This document shows, in pieces, positions 18,496-27,950 of a stretch of 64,000 nt of DNA (the stretch's first letter is position 1; the number at the start of each line of letters is the position of its first letter). Where the stretch lies: contig JABGXP010000014.1 of the NCBI GenBank assembly GCA_018675685.1, positions 81,288-145,287 of the forward strand, given 5' to 3'. The notes beneath the pieces were generated by a model, which made no database searches, was not told where the DNA came from, and worked only from the letters and a program-made list of their open reading frames with translations. The stretch comes from a bacterium (lineage in GTDB: Bacteria; Patescibacteriota; Minisyncoccia; Moranbacterales; DUUL01). The translations under genes were made by a program, and so were the position numbers.

Positions 18496-20169
18496 CTATA
18501 ACCCTAGGAATCCGCCTCTATCAATTAGCTTTGAGCTATGAAGCCTTAGTTGACCATCAACGGATTTCTTGGAGTACAAAAGTTGAGTGTTTTTATCATA
18601 AATAACATCCCTGTTCTCTATTTCGACATCATTCTTTTGAACATTAACAAGCTCGATATGATCACGAGTATCAATCCCCGAAGACTTCACGGTGTCTCCA
18701 ATTGTAAAGAAGATGTTCTCATAATCTTCTATCCATTGAACGTTATAGATTGGAGCAGATGATCTGGTGATCATAAATTTCTCACCCTTTTCCCTGATTG
18801 GTTGGACCTCCCAGTCTCGTAACATAACGTACCAAATTTCATTATCACTCCAATATAAAAGCTTCTTCCCATCATCAGAAAATTGAATATCTTGAATTTC
18901 TCCTGAAAGTTCCTTGATGGAAACTTCACCTTCCTCTTTTTCATAATTAAAAAGAAAGAGTTTTTGATTAGGCGTCATGATTGCAATCCTGTATTGATCA
19001 TAAGTAACCATTTTTACAAAAGAGTCCTTATCTGTAATCGTTAAGATGCTGGCAATTTGTTTCTTAGTTTCAATATCGTTATTTTTGATTTCCCAAATTG
19101 AGTTGTCGACCAAATGGAAATAATAGATTCTGTTACCAGCAAAATCAAAGCCACCAACCTGATTGTCTAGTAAGAGTGCCTGATCTGGTTTTTGAATATC
19201 AACATAAAGAAGCTCGTGGTTTTTTGTTAAAATGACCAACTCATCGTTTTTATTGAACATCCAGCGAACTTGCTTGAACTCTATTTTATCAGAAGCATTT
19301 TCCGTAACATCATCTTTTATTTGTGTGGTTTCTGGGATGATTGTTGCTTGGTTTGTAGAAACTTCTTCGTTTAAACTTGGCACTGTAGAGATTTTTTGAT
19401 CAGCTTTTTTGCTAATTCCTTTTTCCTTTGATGTTTCTGTTTCCAAGCCTTTCTTGATTGTTACCCCATTTTCTTCTTTAAAAAGATCGTTTAGCACAAT
19501 AATGTCTTCTAGATTTTCTTTGTCTACCTTGGCAATTATGAAAATTTTCTCACCGTCAGATGATGAGAAGGGCATAAGAATCCTTTTATTGTCGCTGCTC
19601 CATTCAACATTCTCTTTTTCAGATTGTGGGAGGAAATTGAATTCAGAAGTTTCGTATATTGTTTTCACAGAGTTATCTTCAGTATTCAACAGAGCGACAA
19701 TTCTTAAGTCATCTTTTTCTGAAAAAAGGACAACTTCAGTATTGTTTCTTGGAGAAAGAAAGAATTGTTTTACATTTTCAACGATAAATGTGTTTTCCTC
19801 AAGCCCTGTATTGGGAAGCAGAAGAATATTCCAAAACTCTGTTGAGATTCCGGAGTGGACATTAATTGTTTTACTCCAAGAAGTATAGCCCTCCTTTTTG
19901 CAGGCAATAGTGTGTTTTCCTGGTCTAATACCATTCAATGTATAGGACCCATTAATAACGCTTAATTTACTCTTCTTTTGTTTTTTATTATCAACATAGA
20001 TGTCTATATCTCGAGGAGCACTTTTAATGGTAATAGACCCGCTATATACAAAAATGTTATTTACTGTGTCAAAGCGATATCCTTTTGCAAAGAGTACGAT
20101 TACAGGAGCTGTTAGAAAGAACAGAATGATAAAGAACAATAAATATAATCGTCTTTGGGTAATTGTCAT
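18496..20169 (-). CDS. membrane-anchored PEGA-domain protein with C-terminal beta-propeller-like region
   Basis: N-terminal TM (LYLLFFIILFFLTAPVIVLFA) and a PEGA-like segment (ITIKSAPRDIDIYVDNKK...LNGIRPGKHTIACKKEGY). The C-terminal roughly 400 aa has repeated beta-rich W/D-containing units like TolB/WD40-type propellers. Confidence 0.55.
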   Translation of the reverse strand: MTITQRRLYLLFFIILFFLTAPVIVLFAKGYRFDTVNNIFVYSGSITIKSAPRDIDIYVDNKKQKKSKLSVINGSYTLNGIRPGKHTIACKKEGYTSWSKTINVHSGISTEFWNILLLPNTGLEENTFIVENVKQFFLSPRNNTEVVLFSEKDDLRIVALLNTEDNSVKTIYETSEFNFLPQSEKENVEWSSDNKRILMPFSSSDGEKIFIIAKVDKENLEDIIVLNDLFKEENGVTIKKGLETETSKEKGISKKADQKISTVPSLNEEVSTNQATIIPETTQIKDDVTENASDKIEFKQVRWMFNKNDELVILTKNHELLYVDIQKPDQALLLDNQVGGFDFAGNRIYYFHLVDNSIWEIKNNDIETKKQIASILTITDKDSFVKMVTYDQYRIAIMTPNQKLFLFNYEKEEGEVSIKELSGEIQDIQFSDDGKKLLYWSDNEIWYVMLRDWEVQPIREKGEKFMITRSSAPIYNVQWIEDYENIFFTIGDTVKSSGIDTRDHIELVNVQKNDVEIENRDVIYDKNTQLLYSKKSVDGQLRLHSSKLIDRGGFLGL

Positions 20170-20468
20170 AGATTTAAAAACAAATGATAAGCCAACAGCC
20201 TAGCCGTTCTTGAAGAAGGAAGAAAGGTTGTTGGTTTGTAATAATTAATATAGCACTGCCTTTATAGTATACTTGAAAAAAGATAGATTCTCAAACAGGA
20301 AAAGTATTAAGTTAAATCCTAAACTACCACCTATAATAATCAGCAATAAACTCCAGTAAGTAAAGCTCAATGCATGCAACTTGTCAAGGTTGTAAAGGTT
20401 TTTTATATATGTTAGATTTAAGTGAACAAGAGGGATTCTGGGGGAAGATAATTCTAGAGAAAAAATAT

Positions 20469-20840
20469 ATGGAAAACAAAGAAGTGAAAAGTGGTAGCAA
20501 AGAAGCGATTGTGAAGGAGGATAAAAAAACAGAATTGTTGCCAGTTAACGATTCTAAAGAGAGTAAGAATGGCGGTGTCTCTAAATACATTGACATTCGA
20601 ATTGTCATTCTGTTTGTAATAGGAGTTTTGTTTGGTTTTGCTATGAAAACGCAGACAACCAAAACAAACGTAATCGGAGCCAATGACCCACAACTCGAGA
20701 AAACGAGAGGTGATTATTTGTTCACCCAGTTTGAGCGAGAACAGGAACTTTCTGTGGAGGAAGCAGAGTTAATCGAAGCAGAAGCTGATGATTCAGTGAT
20801 AGAAGAAAGCGAAGATGTCTTGATAGATACAGAAGAGTAA
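20469..20840 (+). CDS. hypothetical single-pass membrane protein with acidic C-terminus
   Basis: ATG 20469 (MENKEVKSG...). One TM (IRIVILFVIGVLFGFAM). The track's longer start at 20370 has no obvious support. Confidence 0.4.
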   Translation: MENKEVKSGSKEAIVKEDKKTELLPVNDSKESKNGGVSKYIDIRIVILFVIGVLFGFAMKTQTTKTNVIGANDPQLEKTRGDYLFTQFEREQELSVEEAELIEAEADDSVIEESEDVLIDTEE

Positions 20841-20901
20841 AGGTAGTTTTAGGAGAAAAAATAAGGAGGATGATAGAATATTCAATAAATAAACAAAGGA
20901 T

Positions 20902-22230
20902 ATGTCAAAGAAAAAAAAGAAAAACGGGGGGCATGCAAAGAAAGAGATAATAGAATCAAACGTAAAAAAAGAAGCAATGAAAAAAGAAGACTCATTAAAG
21001 ACCGAGATGAAAAAAAGGGAAGAAGAAATCAAGGTGAACGCTGTCTCAAAAGAGGAAGTTAAATCAGAAGAAGAAATTGTTGGTCAAACAACACTTTCAG
21101 AATTGGATGAAAAGACAGAAAATCAAAAAACAATAAAAAATCTTGTTTCAGCTGTAATTTTGCTTTCAGGGATTGCAGTCGGTAGTTTTTTCGTTGATAT
21201 CGTCCAGTTTATGAGTGGTGATGGTTTCTCAAAGCGAGCTTTAGACAATTCCGAAGTATTGGTCGCAGGAGATCGAACCTGGGTAGCTTTTAATGAACCA
21301 GCCATTGATGTAAAAGTTTTGACTGTGAGTGAGGAAGAAATGAAGAATTGCAAGAATTGTGACACAAAGGAAGTGCTACTCTGGTTAAGGGATTACATTC
21401 CAACAATGGTAGTAAATAACGTGGATGCAGAATCAGAAGAAGGGAAGGCAATGATTGAAGCATATGAAATTAAATCATTACCAGCATTTTTCTTTTCTGA
21501 GGAAATCGAACAAACAAAGTTTTTCCAAGGTGAAGGTAGAGTTGTTTTCGCAGAAAAGAATGATTCTTTTATGCTAAATGCTGCTGGACTTGGAATCCCA
21601 GTCGGAAAGTATCTACAAACTCCTGAAGTAGGCGAAACAGATGCAATTCTTGGCAACAAAGAAGCGAAGGTGAAAGTGGTTGTTTTCTCTGATTTCCAGT
21701 GTCCATATTGTGGAGAACATTTTAAAAATGCAAAAGAAGCCGTTAAAGGTTTTAGCGAAGAAGAAGTTGCTCTTGTGTATAAAGACCTACCATTAAACTT
21801 TCATTTGCAAGGGAAAAATGCAGCAATGGCCGCAAGATGCAGTCAGGATCAAGAGAAATTTTGGGAAATGGGAGAACTGCTATATAGCTCACAAAAGGAT
21901 TGGCAGGACACTGAAGGAATTGCACAATTCAAAAAATATGCTAGAGAGCTAAAACTTGATACATTTAAATTTAACAAGTGTATGGATGATCGATCTGCAG
22001 AAGCTCTTGTTGATGAGGATTTGGCTCAGGCAAAGGAAATTGGAGTAACTGGAACACCAGCAACATTTGTTGGAACTCAGTTTGCAAGCGGAGTTGTTAC
22101 TGCACTAGAAATTAAAGCAATGATTCAAAATGAGTTGGATGGCGACATTGATGAGATGGACGCTGATATATTAGAAGATGTTTCAAGCGAAATGGAAGAA
22201 GAAACAGAAGAAGAAGTTAAAGTTCAATAA
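20902..22230 (+). CDS. membrane-anchored DsbA-family thiol:disulfide oxidoreductase
   Basis: TM (LVSAVILLSGIAVGSFFV). The C-terminal domain has VVVFSDFQCPYCGEHF (CPYC active site) and GVTGTPATFVG (cis-Pro loop region), typical of the DsbA family. Confidence 0.75.
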   Translation: MSKKKKKNGGHAKKEIIESNVKKEAMKKEDSLKTEMKKREEEIKVNAVSKEEVKSEEEIVGQTTLSELDEKTENQKTIKNLVSAVILLSGIAVGSFFVDIVQFMSGDGFSKRALDNSEVLVAGDRTWVAFNEPAIDVKVLTVSEEEMKNCKNCDTKEVLLWLRDYIPTMVVNNVDAESEEGKAMIEAYEIKSLPAFFFSEEIEQTKFFQGEGRVVFAEKNDSFMLNAAGLGIPVGKYLQTPEVGETDAILGNKEAKVKVVVFSDFQCPYCGEHFKNAKEAVKGFSEEEVALVYKDLPLNFHLQGKNAAMAARCSQDQEKFWEMGELLYSSQKDWQDTEGIAQFKKYARELKLDTFKFNKCMDDRSAEALVDEDLAQAKEIGVTGTPATFVGTQFASGVVTALEIKAMIQNELDGDIDEMDADILEDVSSEMEEETEEEVKVQ

Positions 22231-22251
22231 CTATTTATTCCTACGGGAATT

Positions 22252-22818
22252 ATGAAAAATAAAAACAAATACGAGATAATTATCCATGGCCGTGGGGGTC
22301 AGGGTGCTAAGACTACGGCTGAAATTTTGGTGCAAGCTGCTATTTTGAAGGGAAAATTTGTACAGGCTTTTCCAAATTTTGGCCCGGAACGAACAGGTGC
22401 TCCGATGTGTGCATTTGTGAGAATTTCCAATGAGCCAATCAGGACTCGCGAACCAGTCGTTGATCCTGATTGTGTTTTGGTCTTAGATGAAACGATTACC
22501 GATGTGATTGATGTAACAAAAAACGTAACAGATACGGAGGCTTTAATCATAAATTCGACAAAAGAAAAACAAGAATTGGCGAAGAAACTGAAGTTTGAGG
22601 GAAATCTTATCCCCATCGATGCTAGTGGGATGTCCCAAGAGATTATTGGTGAGAATAGACCTAATACAGTAATTATAGGTAGATTTGCTTTTGCTTCTCA
22701 TATTGTTGAACTGGAGGATGTAATAAAAGTTTTCCGCAATAAATATGAAAATAAAATTGGAAAAGAAAAGACTGATAAAAATATAAAAGCAATCGAAAAA
22801 GCTTTTAGGCATCACTAG
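22252..22818 (+). CDS. porG: pyruvate:ferredoxin (2-oxoacid) oxidoreductase, gamma subunit
   Basis: IIHGRGGQGAKTTAEILVQAA, the signature N-terminus of Por gamma subunits. Confidence 0.85.
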   Translation: MKNKNKYEIIIHGRGGQGAKTTAEILVQAAILKGKFVQAFPNFGPERTGAPMCAFVRISNEPIRTREPVVDPDCVLVLDETITDVIDVTKNVTDTEALIINSTKEKQELAKKLKFEGNLIPIDASGMSQEIIGENRPNTVIIGRFAFASHIVELEDVIKVFRNKYENKIGKEKTDKNIKAIEKAFRHH

Positions 22819-22843
22819 AGTTAAGTTTTTTAGGTTTACAAAA

Positions 22844-23179
22844 ATGACACAAATAAAACAAACAAAAAGCACCCATTTTAGAAAAATAGCAGCAAAAACA
22901 AAACAGGAGAAGACCCAAATGGGGAAAGAATTAGGTGCTGCAATTGAAAATAAGGCTGAAAAATACCCTTCAATTGGAGAGTGGAAGAGTTCGATCTTCA
23001 CTGTCAAGGAGAAATGTATTGGCTGTGAAATGTGCGTAAAGCATTGTCCGGAGGCTGCTATAACAACAAAGGAAATCGGGGATAAAAAAAGAGCAGAAAT
23101 TGACCAATCTTTCTGTAAGGGTTGCGGGATATGCGAGAATGTTTGTCCAGTTGAAGCGATTGAGGTGAAGAAAATGTAA
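22844..23179 (+). CDS. porD: pyruvate:ferredoxin oxidoreductase, delta subunit (2x[4Fe-4S])
   Basis: Two ferredoxin motifs, CIGCEMCVKHCP and CKGCGICENVCP. The true start could be the internal MGKEL... Confidence 0.85.
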   Translation: MTQIKQTKSTHFRKIAAKTKQEKTQMGKELGAAIENKAEKYPSIGEWKSSIFTVKEKCIGCEMCVKHCPEAAITTKEIGDKKRAEIDQSFCKGCGICENVCPVEAIEVKKM

Positions 23180-23199
23180 GAGTTAAAAAGAAGGAATAA

Positions 23200-23871
23200 A
23201 TGGAAAAAAAATGTGGCAAGTTCAACTTGGTGATTGACTTTGACAGTACATTCATCAAATTGGAAGCCCTTGATGAACTGGCAAAGATTGCCCTGGAGAA
23301 TGATTCAAGAAAGGAAGAAAAAACTGCAGAGATACAGAAAATCACAAATCGTGGGATGGTAGGAGAAATCTCTTTTCCAGAATCACTACAATCAAGACTT
23401 GATTTGTTCAGTATAAAGAGAGAACATATAGAGAAGTTAATTAAGAAACTAAAAGGGAGTATTTCAGAATCCTTTTTGCGGAATAGAGATTTTTTTCTAA
23501 AAAATAAGGAGCATATATATATAATTTCAGGAGGTTTTCTCGACTATATTTTACCAGTTGCTCAAAATTTTGGAATTTCGAAAGAGCATATTTTAGCAAA
23601 TAGATTTGTTTTCGAAGGGGAGGATGTTATTGGTTTCGATAAGACAAGTTTTTTAGCGCAGGAAAGCGGTAAAGTGAAAGCTGTAAAAAATCTTGGAATT
23701 GGAAAAGTTGTGGTTGTCGGTGATGGATGGACTGATTATGAAATTAAAGAAACAGGTAATGCTGAAAACTTCTTTGCTTTTTCAGAGAATGTGAAGAGAG
23801 TAAAAGTAATAGAAGTTGCAGACGTAGAATGTTTTGACCTCGAACAAGTTATTGAAAAAATAAAGTCGTGA
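23200..23871 (+). CDS. HAD-IB hydrolase, phosphoserine phosphatase (SerB)-like
   Basis: Motif I VIDFDSTF (DxDST), motif II IISGGF, motif IV GDGWTDYE. Confidence 0.7.
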   Translation: MEKKCGKFNLVIDFDSTFIKLEALDELAKIALENDSRKEEKTAEIQKITNRGMVGEISFPESLQSRLDLFSIKREHIEKLIKKLKGSISESFLRNRDFFLKNKEHIYIISGGFLDYILPVAQNFGISKEHILANRFVFEGEDVIGFDKTSFLAQESGKVKAVKNLGIGKVVVVGDGWTDYEIKETGNAENFFAFSENVKRVKVIEVADVECFDLEQVIEKIKS

Positions 23872-23903
23872 AAATAGGCTAACACATTTATTGTTATATA
23901 AAG

Positions 23904-25031
23904 ATGAATACAAAAAATAAAAAAATTGCGCTTACTGGCGGTTATGCTGTTGGTGAGGCGATGCGACAAATTAATCCAGACGTTGTTGCAATGTACCCGA
24001 TTACTCCACAAACTCCAATTATTGAATATTTTGCTAAACAAAAAGCAAACGGAAAAGTGAAAACGGAGGTTGTCACTGTTGAGTCAGAGCACAGTGCTAT
24101 GAGTGCTTGTATTGGCTCTTCAGCATCAGGTGCACGAACTTTAACAGCTTCAAGCTCTCAGGGGATCATGTATATGTTTGAAGTTTTGCCAGTCGCTTCT
24201 TCAATGAGATTGCCAATTTTAATGGCAGTTTCAAATCGTGCAATTTCAGGGCCAATCAATATCCATGGTGATCATTCTGATGCCATGGCGATGAGAGATA
24301 CAGGCTGGATTCAAATTTTTGCCGAAAACACTCAGGAGGCATACGACAACACGATTATCGGAATGAAATTGGCAGAAAAAGCTCTTTTGCCTCTTGCGAC
24401 TAACATGGATGGATTTTTTGTTTCACATAGCGTTGAAAACCTAGAACTACTCGAAGACGAAGAAGTAAAAGGATTTATTGGTGAATATTCCCCTAAACAA
24501 AGTTTGTTTGACTTTGACAATCCGAAAACCTTTGGACCTGTTGCTTTGCAGAATTCTTATTTTGAGTTTAGAAAACAAATTCAGGATGCAATGCTGAAAA
24601 CTTCAAAAATGTTTGAAGAGGTGGCAGAAGAGTTTGAAAAAATATCCAAAAGAAAATATGGTTTTGTCGAGGAATATCGAACTGAAGACGCAGGTAAGGT
24701 AATAGTTGCGATGGGGAGTGTTTGCGGAACCATCAAAGAAACAGTTGATCGCCTAAGAGACGAAGGGAAGAACGTTGGGTTGTTGAAAATAAGACTTTTC
24801 AGACCATTTCCTTATAAGCAGGTTGCCAAAGCGCTAAAAGGTGTGCAAGATATTATTGTAATGGATCGAAACTTAGCATTTGGAACGAAGCAGGTTTTAG
24901 CATCTGAGATTGAACATGCAACAGGAAAGAAAGTACAAAGCGTTGTTTATGGGTTGGGAGGAAGAGATGTCTTCGAGAAACAGATTGAAGAGTTGTTCTT
25001 GGAAGAGAAATCCCCAGAATATTTAATGTAA
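23904..25031 (+). CDS. porA: pyruvate:ferredoxin oxidoreductase, alpha subunit
   Basis: ALTGGYAVGEAMRQINPDVVAMYPITPQT and the ESEHSAMSACIG motif. Confidence 0.9.
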   Translation: MNTKNKKIALTGGYAVGEAMRQINPDVVAMYPITPQTPIIEYFAKQKANGKVKTEVVTVESEHSAMSACIGSSASGARTLTASSSQGIMYMFEVLPVASSMRLPILMAVSNRAISGPINIHGDHSDAMAMRDTGWIQIFAENTQEAYDNTIIGMKLAEKALLPLATNMDGFFVSHSVENLELLEDEEVKGFIGEYSPKQSLFDFDNPKTFGPVALQNSYFEFRKQIQDAMLKTSKMFEEVAEEFEKISKRKYGFVEEYRTEDAGKVIVAMGSVCGTIKETVDRLRDEGKNVGLLKIRLFRPFPYKQVAKALKGVQDIIVMDRNLAFGTKQVLASEIEHATGKKVQSVVYGLGGRDVFEKQIEELFLEEKSPEYLM

Positions 25032-25069
25032 AAAGGCAATAATTTAAAAATAAGTCTTAGATTTGAAAT

Positions 25070-25990
25070 ATGAACAAAACATATAAAAAACAAAAATTTA
25101 CTGCAGCTACGACTTGTGCTGGTTGCCCAATTGGAGTTGTGGCTCGCACCGTTTTAAATGCAACCGATGATCCCATCGTGGTTACTAATGCAACCGGATG
25201 TATGGAGGTAACTTCTACTATATATCCCAATACCTCCTGGAAAGTTCCATATATACATAGCGTTTTTGGTAATGCTGGTGCAACTGCTTCGGGGATTGAA
25301 GCTGCTGTAAAATCTCTCAGTAAACAAGGAAAAGTTGATGAAAAAGTTAAAGTTATTGCTTTTGCTGGCGATGGTGGAACCTATGATATTGGCTTTCAGG
25401 CACTTTCTGGTGCGCTAGAAAGAGGCCATGACTTCTTGTATGTTTGTTATGATAATGGAGCTTATATGAACACAGGGAATCAGAGAAGTGGAGCAACTCC
25501 TTTAGGGGCTAGCACACAAACAACTCCTTTTGGAAAAGAAGCTTTCGGAAAGCAAACCAGAAGAAAAGATATTATGACAATTGTGGCTGGTCACCATGTT
25601 CCGTATGCAGCAACAGCAAATATTGGTTTTCTGGAAGATTTTAAAGCTAAGGTCAAAAAAGCTCTAGCAATTAAAGGCCCAAAATTTATTCTAGTTTTTT
25701 CACCCTGTGTTGCACTTTGGAAGTTTCCACCTGCAAAGACCTTTGAGGTTGCAAAGCTCGGCACAGAGACTAATTTTTGGCCTTTGTATGAGATTGAAAA
25801 TGGGCACTATAAGTTCTCCTATGAACCAAAAAAGCGAAAACCAATTGAAGAATTTTATGGCACCCAGGGAAGGTTCAAACATATCTTCAAAAGAGACGAC
25901 AAAGAAGCTTTATTGCAAAAAATTCAAAAAGAAATTGACGATGATTTTGCAAGAATTAAAGCAACAGTTGAATCACATCAAAAAGTATAA
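25070..25990 (+). CDS. porB: pyruvate:ferredoxin oxidoreductase, beta subunit (TPP-binding)
   Basis: CAGCP near the N-terminus and the TPP motif GDGGTYDIGFQALSGALERGHDFLYVCYDNGAYMNTGNQ. Confidence 0.9.
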   Translation: MNKTYKKQKFTAATTCAGCPIGVVARTVLNATDDPIVVTNATGCMEVTSTIYPNTSWKVPYIHSVFGNAGATASGIEAAVKSLSKQGKVDEKVKVIAFAGDGGTYDIGFQALSGALERGHDFLYVCYDNGAYMNTGNQRSGATPLGASTQTTPFGKEAFGKQTRRKDIMTIVAGHHVPYAATANIGFLEDFKAKVKKALAIKGPKFILVFSPCVALWKFPPAKTFEVAKLGTETNFWPLYEIENGHYKFSYEPKKRKPIEEFYGTQGRFKHIFKRDDKEALLQKIQKEIDDDFARIKATVESHQKV

Positions 25991-26060
25991 AATACATTAA
26001 AAAGCAATTAAGCTTTTAATTAATTGTAGAAGCTAAATAACTTTGAACAGGAAATAGTAT

Positions 26061-27200
26061 ATGGGAATTGAAATCATCATCATTGGAGTTTTTATAATCG
26101 CTGGCTTTATTGGCTTAGGTTTTTTTCTTAATGGAAAATTCTCAAACGTTCAAACCCAAGACAAAGGAAAAGAGCTCTTGCTTTTACAGCAACAAATGGG
26201 ACAAGTGATCCAGGTATTGGACCAAAGATTAGCTGAAAATAAACAAGAACTAGATCGAAAACTTTCAGAATCTAATATGATATCCAAAAATCAATCAACT
26301 GAAAATATTCGTGTGATTCAAGATATTTCACGTGATAGTCAAGACCAAGTTGCTAGAATCAACAAGCAATTATTAGGCGTGACACAGCAGATGACAAAAT
26401 TAGATGAAACAAACCGTCAAGTGATGGACTTTTCTTCCCAATTAAAGAATTTACAGGATATTTTAAAAAACCCGAAACAAAGGGGAGTGCTAGGGGAATA
26501 TTTTTTAGAAGAAACTTTGAAAAATGTACTACCTCCGAATAGTTACAAGATGCAATATGGATTTAAGGATGGAGTGATTGTGGATGCCGTTGTTTTTGTT
26601 AAGGAGAAGATTATCCCGATTGATTCGAAGTTTTCCTTAGAAACCTATGAAAAACTCTTAAGTTGCACTGATGCGAAACAAAGAACAATCCTGGAAAAAC
26701 AGTTTAAACAAGATTTGAAGAATCGAATTGACGAAACTTCAAAATATGTTAAACCAAACGAGCAAACGGTGGATTTTGCATTTATGTTCATTCCGTCAGA
26801 AGCGATTTATTACGACCTTCTTGTAAATAAAGTTGGTTCCGCGCAAGTTTCTTCACGAGATTTAATTGAGTATGCATTTAAAGACAAGCATGTGATTATT
26901 GTTTCACCTACATCATTTTTAGCCTATCTACAAACAGTTTTACAGGGATTGAGAGCCTTGGAAATTGAAGAATCAGCAAAAGAAATCCAAAAAAATGTTG
27001 AAAAACTCGGAAAACATCTCAGCCAATATTCTATATATCATGATAAACTTGGAAATACCTTAAAGACAACAGTTAATCATTTCAATAACTCCAGTAAAGA
27101 ATTCAATAAGGTTGATAAGGATATCATGAAAGTTACAAACACGAAAAAAAAGTTGGATTTAGAGGGGGAGGAAGTTGAATCTCCGAAGCTAGAGGCCTGA
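26061..27200 (+). CDS. rmuC: DNA recombination protein RmuC
   Basis: N-terminal TM, a coiled coil, and the RmuC nuclease-like core (DAVVFVKEKIIPIDSKFSLETY ... FAFMFIPSEAIY). Confidence 0.88.
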   Translation: MGIEIIIIGVFIIAGFIGLGFFLNGKFSNVQTQDKGKELLLLQQQMGQVIQVLDQRLAENKQELDRKLSESNMISKNQSTENIRVIQDISRDSQDQVARINKQLLGVTQQMTKLDETNRQVMDFSSQLKNLQDILKNPKQRGVLGEYFLEETLKNVLPPNSYKMQYGFKDGVIVDAVVFVKEKIIPIDSKFSLETYEKLLSCTDAKQRTILEKQFKQDLKNRIDETSKYVKPNEQTVDFAFMFIPSEAIYYDLLVNKVGSAQVSSRDLIEYAFKDKHVIIVSPTSFLAYLQTVLQGLRALEIEESAKEIQKNVEKLGKHLSQYSIYHDKLGNTLKTTVNHFNNSSKEFNKVDKDIMKVTNTKKKLDLEGEEVESPKLEA

Positions 27201-27221
27201 AAATCGAAATAATTTGCAATG

Positions 27222-27264
27222 AAAAGACGAGTCGGAGGAATTTCTCCTGACTCGTCTTTTGGTT
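27222..27264. terminator. strong bidirectional terminator between rmuC and a convergent gene
   Basis: Perfect 12-bp stem aaaagacgagtc (27222-27233) / gactcgtctttt (27249-27260). Confidence 0.75.
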
Positions 27265-27281
27265 ATACCAAGATTCACAAT

Positions 27282-27734
27282 CTACCATCTCCATTGATTA
27301 CTTTGATGAAAGAGCGCTTTTAAATTCTGAGCACTTAACTTAAAGGCTTCTTCTATCTCATCAACACTCTTGTTGTATTGAAGAAGTTTCTTGGAGAACG
27401 CCGGATCCCCATTGATTGGTTTTGATAGAAAGGTTTTAGGCTCATAAACATGGCCCCGAATTTCAAGGGATAAACAACTACAGTAGAGTGCCTTTATTAG
27501 ATTACTACTCTCTTTTGTACTCTCGCTTTCTTCCCCTCCTCCTTTTTTGCATGGCTCAATTTTTGCTATGCAAACAGGAAAGAGAATCAATATCTCATGA
27601 AATATATCCTTGCCAACTGCAGCTTCTAGGGCATCCTTTCCGAGAAGATTTGTTTTGGGATGATAAAGATACATCTTACTACATTCTATTTCGATAGAAT
27701 TAACTTGGATTGTTCCTGTGGAAAGTTCTGTCAT
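27282..27734 (-). CDS. hypothetical protein (150 aa)
   Basis: Intact ORF with AGGAGA upstream of the ATG. No recognisable motif. A central GGGEESESTKESS linker separates two halves. Confidence 0.45.
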   Translation of the reverse strand: MTELSTGTIQVNSIEIECSKMYLYHPKTNLLGKDALEAAVGKDIFHEILILFPVCIAKIEPCKKGGGEESESTKESSNLIKALYCSCLSLEIRGHVYEPKTFLSKPINGDPAFSKKLLQYNKSVDEIEEAFKLSAQNLKALFHQSNQWRW

Positions 27735-27950
27735 GACGTATCTCCTAAAGGGTTTTTTGCTGTAATTAAGAAAGTTTCAAAGAACTAGTTAACAAAAAAT
27801 GGTATATTGAAAAACACATTTGTAACGATTAATATAGCACGCTTTATTTTTTTGTAAATGGCAACTTGCTGTATTTTATCTAAAAACATACCTATAAAAC
27901 AAAAAACAACCCAATAATAAAAAGAGTTGTACTTGGTTTTAGCTGTTTTT

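Noticed and set aside
25707-26000. 97-aa ORF overlapping the 3' end of porB in another frame. Similar cases are 34985..35185 after dnaK and 30532..30909 / 30690..30896.
   Set aside because: These are out-of-frame overlaps with strongly supported genes or terminators, with no RBS and a basic low-complexity translation.
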